Positions 28,392-36,925 of a stretch of DNA of 64,000 nucleotides are shown here, piece after piece (within the stretch, counting starts at the first letter, position 1; the number at the start of each line of letters is the position of its first letter). A program made the position numbers and the translations under genes. The DNA is from a bacterium (GTDB lineage Bacteria; Bdellovibrionota_C; UBA2361; RFPC01). The stretch spans positions 33,756-97,755 of the forward strand of contig JAUIIO010000007.1 of the NCBI GenBank assembly GCA_030431715.1, given 5' to 3'. The notes below the pieces were generated by a model. That model saw nothing but the letters and a program-made list of their open reading frames with translations. It was not told where the DNA came from and made no database searches.

Positions 28392-30183
28392 ATGGTTTAA
28401 GAAAGAAGCAGGTGCAACACTTGTTGAAGCAACACTGGTTGCTGGTTTACTCATTTCATTTGCTTTTGGAATACTCGAATTTGGAAGGTATTACTACTAT
28501 AAGGCAACTCTTCTTCGTGCGGCCAATAACGGCCTTGAGCTTTCTATACGTCACGCTGACATCCTAATCGATTCTACTGAAATTGATATGGATAAGACGA
28601 CTTCTGATAACAGTGCACCAGCCGAGCGCTTGAAGGCTGTCATTGATGAGATTGAGAGACGTGTGCTCACGCAAATAGACCTCGAAAGAGATTTGGTAGG
28701 CGCTGCGACTACAAGAGTAGCTGTGAATCAGAATATTACTACAAATTACAGCAATGCCAGTGCAACAGGAGAGCCACCGCTCTACGATCTCCCACCAAGT
28801 CGGGTACTGGTAATACGTCCTGGCGATCGTGGCAGGTATCTTGATCCGGCAACTAATACTGTCATTGAAGTGGTTCATCCTACGTATCCCGAGAGACAGA
28901 ACGGGGATGATTTTTTAAATATACTTCAAGAGCATCCTATTCTTATTGAGATCAATGCTCGTATGGCTTCTGTTATTCCACTTTTTCCTAATATTCCTAT
29001 CCGAGTTCAGGCAGTCGGTATCCCAGAAATCATTACACGTGGTATTCAAGGTGTTCCAGCGGAGCAAGAGCTTATAGATCCTTTTTGTGGAGACAACGTC
29101 TATCATAGCACTTTAGAGACTTGTGACATCGTTGATGGCGTATCTATGGGGGTAGATCCCGGTCACTTTTGTACAACGAGTTGCGAGCAGGAGCCGCTTT
29201 GTGGAAATGGTATTGTTGATGACGGAGAGGACTGTGATGGATGGCTCGTGCGAGAGGGATTGGATGATCTTGAAGAGGGCCTCAGAGAATGCGGTGGTGA
29301 TTGCAAAATTCGAGAGATTGAGCCGTGTGGTAATGGAAGGTGGGAGAAGGATGAACCGTTTTATGAAGAGTGTGATGCTTCTGCGAGTGAATCACTAACG
29401 AGAAATGTTGATGAGTACCTCTGTGTACAGTGTAAATGGTATGACATTACAGAGTGTCTATTTGGGAGTAATAGGATATCTGAGCCTTGCCTTGATCAGA
29501 ATATCCCAGCTGGATTTGAATGTATAAATTGTGTGCTCTGTGAGTGTGATAAAGATCCTGAAACAGGAGCAGAAGATTGTTCAAACTGTAAGGCTGGTAA
29601 GTGTGGTAACGGCATTAAAGAAGCGGGAGAGCAGTGTGATCGCTTTGATGGTACCAGTGACTCTTCTGAGTTCTGTAACGATTGCCGACTGGTAAAAGCA
29701 CTCTGTGGAAATAAAATTCGAGAAGAGCTTCCCGGCAGGTTCGATGGAGACCCACCATATATAGAAAAATGCGATATCGGAGCTCCAAATAATCCTGATA
29801 TTCCAGCCTCACACGTTTGCAGCGAGAATTGCACCATAGCATCCTTATGTCATAACAATAAGGTTGATAATGTAACCGCGCAATTCCCGGGCGATACAGA
29901 CTATTCTGAGGAGTGCGATGGGAATGCTGTTATTCCAGAAAAAGCTGACTTGCTTGCTCAAGACGATCACGAGTGCCGTGATTGTGCCGTACTCCCTCGT
30001 TGTGGAAATGGCCGAATTGATAAGGTGGGAAGTCATGTTGAAGAATGTGATGGATCAACGGGCGCGCCAGAAGGTGGGTACTGTGATGATGAGTGTAAGA
30101 AGAAGTGTAACATTGTTGCTGGGGTAGAAGGTACTCTTGATGATAGTGGGAGGTTTTGTGTTAGTAATGATATTGAATCTTAA
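28381..30183 (+). CDS. TadE-like pseudopilin fused to a Cys-rich repeat domain (Myxococcus cysteine-rich repeat type)
   Basis: N-terminal EAGATLVEATLVAGLLISFAFGILEF (TadE-like). C-terminal half carries at least six CGNGxxDxGExCD repeats (CGNGIVDDGEDCDG, CGNGRWEKDEPFYEECD, CGNGIKEAGEQCD, CGNKIREE...EKCD, CGNGRIDKVGSHVEECDG). Confidence 0.7.
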   Translation: MVAKWFKKEAGATLVEATLVAGLLISFAFGILEFGRYYYYKATLLRAANNGLELSIRHADILIDSTEIDMDKTTSDNSAPAERLKAVIDEIERRVLTQIDLERDLVGAATTRVAVNQNITTNYSNASATGEPPLYDLPPSRVLVIRPGDRGRYLDPATNTVIEVVHPTYPERQNGDDFLNILQEHPILIEINARMASVIPLFPNIPIRVQAVGIPEIITRGIQGVPAEQELIDPFCGDNVYHSTLETCDIVDGVSMGVDPGHFCTTSCEQEPLCGNGIVDDGEDCDGWLVREGLDDLEEGLRECGGDCKIREIEPCGNGRWEKDEPFYEECDASASESLTRNVDEYLCVQCKWYDITECLFGSNRISEPCLDQNIPAGFECINCVLCECDKDPETGAEDCSNCKAGKCGNGIKEAGEQCDRFDGTSDSSEFCNDCRLVKALCGNKIREELPGRFDGDPPYIEKCDIGAPNNPDIPASHVCSENCTIASLCHNNKVDNVTAQFPGDTDYSEECDGNAVIPEKADLLAQDDHECRDCAVLPRCGNGRIDKVGSHVEECDGSTGAPEGGYCDDECKKKCNIVAGVEGTLDDSGRFCVSNDIES

Positions 30184-32338
30184 GAAAAAGTTATCACACT
30201 TTCAGTGTGAAAGAGGTATGGCCCTTGCTTTTTTTGCGGTGAGTGCTCTTGTGATCATTGGCATGGTAGGCTTAGCCATTGATACGTATTTTGCGACAAC
30301 TTCTCGTACGCAGTACCAGTCTGCCGCAGATGCTGCCGCATATGCGGCTGTTGAAGGTTTCTATGATGCTTATGACCCATCAGATGGGGACTACCAAAAT
30401 GCTATGCAAAAAGGTATCTCTATGGCTCAAACTCGGGCTCAAGCGATACTTCAGCAAAATATGATTCGTCTTGTATCGAGTAGTAATATTAAGAACGCAT
30501 CAGCTCAAAACAATGTAAGCACCTCAGGAGGAACCAATGGAAGCCTTCAACCCGGTTTCTGGGTAGCCTCTGACTCATCTACAGCGCCTTGTTCGCCAGC
30601 ACCTTGCTTTTCCCCTTTAGATCTTGCGAGTGGAGATGAAGAAGTCCCAAATGCGTTTCGAGTAAATATTAATATTAGTGAACAGTCCCCCATCAGGACG
30701 TTCTTTATGGGAATACTTGGAGTCAATAACTACCGGCTAAGCGCAAGGGCGGTTGCAACCTCAGTCCCTCGTAGAGGCGCTTTTCTTATTGATTTGTCCC
30801 CATCTATTCATGGGACAACGCATAATAGTAGTGGCAGTGGAGCAATACAACAAACGCTTTATGCATATCCATTAAAGAATACGTGCAGTGCTTCTGACCG
30901 TGGACAGCCTATAGCCAGCGTTGATGAAATTTACGATCGTTCTGGAGATTCTGCCACTGGAGTAATCATCTCAGATGCCAGTAATCCCATTAAGATCTTT
31001 GACAATCTGTATAACGATACAAGTAGCGATCCTGAACCTGGAATGGATAGGATTCCCGGAATTTCATACAAATCAGATTTTCGTAAGGTTCCAATTTCAA
31101 CTCCTGAAACTGATTTCGATGGAACCACCATCAATAAATGCTTTGCCGTCGATGTCATGCGACAACCAGAGCCTATGAGTACTGTCTTACTCGGTGTTAA
31201 CACCGCACTTAATAACTTTGCGAATCGCTCAGTAAGAGGGGATCGTATTGGAGTATATGGGTTTGATGATTATGATGAATTTCTATCGATACGTTCCACA
31301 GTAGATGATGGCGGAGTTCCAAGTCTTATTAGCCCTGATATTGGTAGTAGTAGCTTTAAAAATATTACGGATGCAACGAAATCACCATTCACGCAGGGGG
31401 CTCTCGGATCACACGTCAATACCTTCCTCTTCCCGCAGTTTTTTAGCAATCTCAGTACAGGTGAAATTTATCCCAAGCCGGTGAATACAAATCTGAAAGC
31501 TGCTCTCGTTGAAGCACGGCGTATATTGGAAGAAGAGCCGGGTATGAGCAGCAGTGACAGCTTTGTTGTTGTATTTAGTGATGGTCGTAGTAACTGTATG
31601 AATGGCAGCTGTAATGCGCCGAGTAAGCAATTTACCAAAGGCGGTATCGATGATGCTGTTAATTATGTCTTATCTGAAGACTGGGGAGACGTTAATCTGC
31701 ACTTCGTTTTGGCCGGAAAAAATAGCATGCCTCATACCATTTTACAGGGTGGGCTAGATGAAGATGGTGACGGAAAAGCCGATACCTGTCTTGATGATTT
31801 TACTTCAAGAAACATTAAGGCTGCTTATCCTGGTGACCAGTATAAAGATTTCCGTGCTCGGTACAATTTTGTAAATGGTGATGCCAATCAAATAAGTGGG
31901 TATGGGAAAGTTCCAACTCGAATACTTTATCCCAGTAAGATTTATGATGCAGCAGTCGCCACCAGTGGCTTCTGGGTTCCACTACGTCCACCGTGTGTTG
32001 AGGGGACAAACCTTCTTGAGCGCATCGACAATCCTACTCCAGGTTCATATGCGGGAGCGTTTCACCGCGCCTGTAAGCAGCTAGGAGACGGGGAGAATCT
32101 CTCATTTAACAAGCGTGGGACACTGCCATCAGCATTACAGAATATACTCTATAAGAGCGATCTTGATGCCGGAGTGAGGGTTAATAACAGTTTTCCTAAT
32201 AGCTTGATTGGTCAGCACGGCAGGCTCTACTGCGACCCATACGGAAGAGATTTGGATACTCAGGTTCAGGAATTCATTAACCAGCTCATGAGACAAAACC
32301 CAATTCGGCTGGTAGCTAGCAGTTCAGATGGGCTATAA
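30167..32338 (+). CDS. TadG-like pseudopilin with von Willebrand factor A (MIDAS) domain
   Basis: From ATG 30167: MILNLKKKLSHFQCERGMALAFFAVSALVIIGMVGLAIDTYFA (TadE/G-like N-terminus). AFLIDLSPSIHGT matches the DxSxS MIDAS motif. Confidence 0.65.
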   Translation: MILNLKKKLSHFQCERGMALAFFAVSALVIIGMVGLAIDTYFATTSRTQYQSAADAAAYAAVEGFYDAYDPSDGDYQNAMQKGISMAQTRAQAILQQNMIRLVSSSNIKNASAQNNVSTSGGTNGSLQPGFWVASDSSTAPCSPAPCFSPLDLASGDEEVPNAFRVNINISEQSPIRTFFMGILGVNNYRLSARAVATSVPRRGAFLIDLSPSIHGTTHNSSGSGAIQQTLYAYPLKNTCSASDRGQPIASVDEIYDRSGDSATGVIISDASNPIKIFDNLYNDTSSDPEPGMDRIPGISYKSDFRKVPISTPETDFDGTTINKCFAVDVMRQPEPMSTVLLGVNTALNNFANRSVRGDRIGVYGFDDYDEFLSIRSTVDDGGVPSLISPDIGSSSFKNITDATKSPFTQGALGSHVNTFLFPQFFSNLSTGEIYPKPVNTNLKAALVEARRILEEEPGMSSSDSFVVVFSDGRSNCMNGSCNAPSKQFTKGGIDDAVNYVLSEDWGDVNLHFVLAGKNSMPHTILQGGLDEDGDGKADTCLDDFTSRNIKAAYPGDQYKDFRARYNFVNGDANQISGYGKVPTRILYPSKIYDAAVATSGFWVPLRPPCVEGTNLLERIDNPTPGSYAGAFHRACKQLGDGENLSFNKRGTLPSALQNILYKSDLDAGVRVNNSFPNSLIGQHGRLYCDPYGRDLDTQVQEFINQLMRQNPIRLVASSSDGL

Positions 32339-32465
32339 AATCTGTTTTATTACCGTAGCTTAGGCGGAGTATCTCATTTTTTCTGCGGTTGTAATCTATT
32401 GCTTAAGCATTGTTCCACTACTGACGACTTAACCCTTAGGGAATAAGAAGTATCGGGAGGATGTT

Positions 32466-34667
32466 GTGGATCCCACGAAGTTAGTTGTTCGTTCGCTTGT
32501 CGATCTTGGCGAGCTTGAGAATATGCCGTCTGATGAGGCAATTTACTCTCAGTCATGTGGTGCTGTTCGCACCTTAGCAGATCTTGGACTTATTGATGAA
32601 CAGAAAGCGCTTAAGGCGCTTAGTGCAAAGCTCTACGTTGACTACGTTGATCTAGACAGACTTCCAGAGGGAAAAAGGTTAGAGCCGCAGCACTTTGAAG
32701 AACTAAATCGGGAAGTTCTCGCGCGTTATAAGCTTTTTCCACTTTGGAAAGAGAAAGAGAGCTATGTTGTAGCTACTGCCAATCCGTTTGATATGGAAGG
32801 TATTAACCTTCTTGAATTTGCCTTGGGGAAAAGGGTTCAGATCGTTTTGGCAGAGGAATCAAAGATTCAAAGTAGCCTTACAGAGTATTTTCCAGATGAT
32901 ATTTCACAATTTGATATCCTTAGCGATCTTGAGAGCGAAGACTACGTTGAAATTCTGGGAAAAAATAGCGCAACAGAGTCAGATGATATTAATGCCAGTG
33001 AAATTGATGCGCCACCGATTGTAAGGCTCGCGAATAAGATTATCGCTGATGCCTATGACAAGCGAGCAAGTGATATACATATTGAGCCTGGCCAAGATAA
33101 GATTGAGATTCGCTTCCGCATCGATGGGGTAATGCATAATTTCCTCGAAATACCGAAACGACTTCAGCCATATCTCCTTTCTCGTATTAAGCTTATTGCT
33201 GGCATGGATATCGCCGAAAAGCGAAAACCTCAAGATGGCCGGCTAAGAGTGCGGGTAAATCAAGTCCCGATCGATATGCGAGCCTCAAGTGTGCCAACAG
33301 CATTTGGAGAAAAGATGGTGCTGCGGATACTTCGATCAGACGCAGCGAAGGTCACTTTTAGTGAACTCGGGGTTTCTCCTCCAATAGAGAAAAAGCTTAA
33401 TAGTGCTTTAGACAAAAGAGGAAAACTTTTTCTCGTTACTGGTCCAACCGGTTCTGGTAAGACCACGATGCTCTATACGTTCTTAAACTATCTTCGAGAT
33501 GGAAAAACAAATATCCAGACGGTAGAAGATCCAATTGAATATCGCGTGCCCGGAATTAGCCAGATTCAGGTTAATAATGCCACGGGAGTTACATTTGCCA
33601 GCGCCCTGCGTTCTGTACTGCGTCAGGATCCAGATATTATTCTAATTGGTGAAATACGGGATGAAGAGACGGCATGTATCGCTTTACAAGCTGCTCAGAC
33701 CGGACATCTAGTCATATCGACTCTCCATACAAACGACGCGCCAAGTGCTGTGACGCGGCTTATGAACCTTGGTGTGGATCCGTTTCTTCTTGGCTCGAGC
33801 TTGGAAGGGGTTCTCGCACAAAGACTCATTCGCAAAACGTGTGTTGAATGTCAGCGACCTCTGACTGACATGCAGCTTGCTAAATACGGAGCATATATAG
33901 AGCATTATTCAATTGACCCGGCAACTCTCTATGCGGGTACGGGGTGTGAGGAATGTCACTACTCTGGCTACATGGGGCGGACAGGGCTCTATAGTTACCT
34001 GCAGGTTGATGGCAGGATAGAGGAGTGCATATACCGATCTGCTCCGACCTCGGAAATTGTTCATACGGCTTTACAAAGAGATTATACCGATCTTCACTTC
34101 GCAGCAATTGAGGCGGTTAAGAGTGGCATTACCACGTTTGATGAGGTGAAGGCATATCTGGTGCTACCTGAGATTACTGAAGTTGCTCATGTGGCTTCTC
34201 AGCTAAAAGAGGTTCAGGCTGTGGAGGAGGTGCATGAGCAGGAGGAAGAGCAGGTGCAGGAGGAAGAGCAGGAGCCTGCGCGAAATGATGGTATTGAGAA
34301 AACTAAGGTTTTACTTGTTGAGGATGACGAGGATACGCGGAGTGTTCTTTCGCTTCTCTTGCAGCGAGAGATGTACGAGGTTATTGAAGCTGAGAACGGA
34401 GCAGAGGGGCTACAGAAGGTCTATGAGCATAACCCCGGAGTGGTCATCTGTGATATGATGATGCCTGTAATGGATGGTAAAGAGTTTTTAAAGAAGATGC
34501 ATTCTCGCAAAGAAACAAAAAGTATCCCTGTTGTTTTCCTTACAGCAATTGATTCGGAAGAAAATGAGCTCGAACTCCTTGAGCTTGGTGCGCAGGATTT
34601 TGTCAGCAAGACTACCTCATCGAGCATTATGTTGACTCGTATCCGTAATATTTTAGAGCGACAGTAG
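32466..34667 (+). CDS. type II secretion / type IV pilus ATPase (GspE/PilB family) with C-terminal CheY-like receiver domain
   Basis: GTG start after a GGGAGG SD. T2SSE_N-like N-terminal domain. Walker A GPTGSGKTT, Asp box, His box. Tetracysteine CVECQ...CEECHYSG. C-terminal KVLLVEDDEDTRSVLSLLLQ...ICDMMMPVMDG...PVVFLTA receiver domain. Confidence 0.85.
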   Translation: MDPTKLVVRSLVDLGELENMPSDEAIYSQSCGAVRTLADLGLIDEQKALKALSAKLYVDYVDLDRLPEGKRLEPQHFEELNREVLARYKLFPLWKEKESYVVATANPFDMEGINLLEFALGKRVQIVLAEESKIQSSLTEYFPDDISQFDILSDLESEDYVEILGKNSATESDDINASEIDAPPIVRLANKIIADAYDKRASDIHIEPGQDKIEIRFRIDGVMHNFLEIPKRLQPYLLSRIKLIAGMDIAEKRKPQDGRLRVRVNQVPIDMRASSVPTAFGEKMVLRILRSDAAKVTFSELGVSPPIEKKLNSALDKRGKLFLVTGPTGSGKTTMLYTFLNYLRDGKTNIQTVEDPIEYRVPGISQIQVNNATGVTFASALRSVLRQDPDIILIGEIRDEETACIALQAAQTGHLVISTLHTNDAPSAVTRLMNLGVDPFLLGSSLEGVLAQRLIRKTCVECQRPLTDMQLAKYGAYIEHYSIDPATLYAGTGCEECHYSGYMGRTGLYSYLQVDGRIEECIYRSAPTSEIVHTALQRDYTDLHFAAIEAVKSGITTFDEVKAYLVLPEITEVAHVASQLKEVQAVEEVHEQEEEQVQEEEQEPARNDGIEKTKVLLVEDDEDTRSVLSLLLQREMYEVIEAENGAEGLQKVYEHNPGVVICDMMMPVMDGKEFLKKMHSRKETKSIPVVFLTAIDSEENELELLELGAQDFVSKTTSSSIMLTRIRNILERQ

Positions 34668-34716
34668 CTTGACCACTATTATTTGGACATCGTCTTAAGA
34701 CAGAGCTATAGTCTCT

Positions 34717-36600
34717 GTGGAAGTGATTATGTTCGATAAGAGGTCTGAAGTTCCTGTACCTGATGAAGCTGGCGATAGTCCTGTTAGAGATAGTCACGCC
34801 CTGAATATTCCTACACAACACTCCTATTTATCACCTCTTAGCTCATCACCACTTGGAAGCGTTACTCTGGCTACAGCGCTCCTGCTCTTTGGAAATGGGG
34901 ACGGTGCATCTGCGCAGAATGTTGATAGGAATATGGACAACGCTCCCGGCCCAACGCCTGAGGAGGTCTTCCTAGCTGATGTTAAGACTGTTTCAGAGTA
35001 CTTAACCGATCTCGATGCCTCACGTTACAATGTTAGGGAACACGCACAGGAAGAGCTCACATTTCACACTCCGTGGAGCACGGAGGAACTTAAAGCACTT
35101 TTACGTTCTTCCGTTAGCGATTCTCTTGAGGTGCGAGCAAGAGTGTCAGAGATCCTGACTGAGATAGAAGAAGGGGAACTTCCTAGTACCTTTATTGATT
35201 TTCTAGAGAGTCGTACAGCGAAGCCAAGAGCGAGAGAGCTGGAGCTTTCTCTGGTTGAACCAGTTGTTTCTAAGCTGGCCCTTCTTTATGGCCGGGCGAC
35301 CTTTCAAACAAGAGAAGAGAAGCTTTTTGTACATTTCGCTTCGCCGGGGAAACAGGCAGATTCTTTTTACAGAATGTATAGTGCCGGATTCTTCGAGGAT
35401 CCGAAAAAAGAGCGCTCCAGTGAAGAGCGAGCGCTCCGTGCTATGAGATCTATCTCTCAGCTCCGTAGTGATGCCGATTTCTTTTTAAAGAACCTGAGTC
35501 GTCTGGAAGAAGCCGGGATACGTATTGAGATTCATGACAATGAATTAAGAAAGCCCACCTATTATATACAGGACTTCTTAATCTTGACTGCCAGCGGCAT
35601 CGCAAATAGTCGTGATGAAGAGTATCAACAAACTTGTAATGATCTACTTCAGGTTTTATCCATTACCGCGGATCGTCTTTCGAGTAGTTCCGATACGGAG
35701 ACTGATCCTGAAGCTATCACAAAGACTGTGAACTCAAGGGCAAGGGCACTAAATGATGTCCTTGGAAAGTTTCGAGAGTGTTTCTCTGACCGCTCAGATG
35801 AAGAGGTGGTAAACTTTAAAAAAGCGTTTATTCATTTTGCAGAGCTCTGTGACCTCGATAGGGAGGAGGGCCTTCTCGCCCTGTTTTCGAAGCTCTCTGA
35901 TACGAACGAAGAATCCTTTGAGTTGGGGACTCAACGAATGTGGGTCGTGTATCACTCTGCAAATCTTACGCTCTTACCTGAAACAAGAAATGCAAAAGCG
36001 ACCAAGCCTGTACTGGAAGATCTCAAGGAGGCATTTGAGACTGGATCAGAGACCCGTGGGATAGGCTATGTTTCACTTCTGAAGAGATACGATAAGGCTG
36101 TACGCGAAGGGCTTACTCTTGATGACCCCTACACGTCAAAACTGCTAAATGCGATTCATGTCCAAACAGCCGCGGGACGTCTTCATTTTATCGATTTGAG
36201 TCGTGATGTGCTTGATGCCCTTACGGTAACAAGTGCTTTTATGGTTGAGGAAAATAGCCCGGCATTTCCTGCAGAGCTCTATGATACGTTTATTCGTCAG
36301 CTCAATTCGAGCTCGCCAGAGAATGCAAATAATACGCATACGACGATTGAACTCCATAAACGTGTTTTAACGGAGCTTTCAACTCTCCCAATCCCTTGCT
36401 CGGATCAATCCGTGCAGCATTTTGCAGCTATTGCTGCAGATGCGGCTTGTGGAAACCATGCTCAGGAGCAGTTAAACTACCTGAGGTCGCTTCTTACTGA
36501 ATGGAGTCGCGATGCGAGTGAGGAAAAAGATCTCTCTCAACTGAGAAAGCGCTTACAGGATTTTGAGCTGGTTCCTTTTAACCAGCGCTTAAAGAATTAA
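34717..36600 (+). CDS. hypothetical protein (627 aa), possible N-terminal signal after an acidic leader
   Basis: Intact ORF 50 nt downstream of the ATPase gene. No recognisable domain. Helical repeat-like composition. Confidence 0.45.
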   Translation: MEVIMFDKRSEVPVPDEAGDSPVRDSHALNIPTQHSYLSPLSSSPLGSVTLATALLLFGNGDGASAQNVDRNMDNAPGPTPEEVFLADVKTVSEYLTDLDASRYNVREHAQEELTFHTPWSTEELKALLRSSVSDSLEVRARVSEILTEIEEGELPSTFIDFLESRTAKPRARELELSLVEPVVSKLALLYGRATFQTREEKLFVHFASPGKQADSFYRMYSAGFFEDPKKERSSEERALRAMRSISQLRSDADFFLKNLSRLEEAGIRIEIHDNELRKPTYYIQDFLILTASGIANSRDEEYQQTCNDLLQVLSITADRLSSSSDTETDPEAITKTVNSRARALNDVLGKFRECFSDRSDEEVVNFKKAFIHFAELCDLDREEGLLALFSKLSDTNEESFELGTQRMWVVYHSANLTLLPETRNAKATKPVLEDLKEAFETGSETRGIGYVSLLKRYDKAVREGLTLDDPYTSKLLNAIHVQTAAGRLHFIDLSRDVLDALTVTSAFMVEENSPAFPAELYDTFIRQLNSSSPENANNTHTTIELHKRVLTELSTLPIPCSDQSVQHFAAIAADAACGNHAQEQLNYLRSLLTEWSRDASEEKDLSQLRKRLQDFELVPFNQRLKN

Positions 36601-36925
36601 AATCATGGCCTACAATCTGCTAGTCTGATCGGCAGAAATGCAAGAATGACAGATTTGGCCAAGCTTGCCTTTGTCCGTGCAATTGCTTGGCTTTATTCAA
36701 GAAAGTCTGCTTCCCTTGCTCATTTTCCTAGAGAGGGCCAGCAAGGATTCGGATCGTTCACCAAATATACTTAACTTTTTTGGAAACTAAATCACGGATA
36801 TAACGATAAGTTTCATAAGTATTTAAGTATAAAGGGCTGATTCTGAGCTTCTCGGAGAACCTGTTGGTACTGCTTACAAAGTGGACAAGGATTGTGAGAT
36901 GCTTATAAGATAGAGGCTTCCTTGT

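Noticed and set aside
30279-30464. Small internal ORFs on the plus strand within the TadG-vWA and ATPase genes (30279..30464, 32788..33024)
   Set aside because: Out-of-frame overlaps with long motif-supported ORFs on the same strand.
27780-34667. Interpreting the pseudopilin/ATPase cluster as a type II secretion system
   Set aside because: The pseudopilins have TadE/TadG-type N-termini (not GspG-K type prepilin motifs), and no GspD/F/L/M genes are present. Described as a non-canonical Tad-like/PilB hybrid rather than a T2SS.
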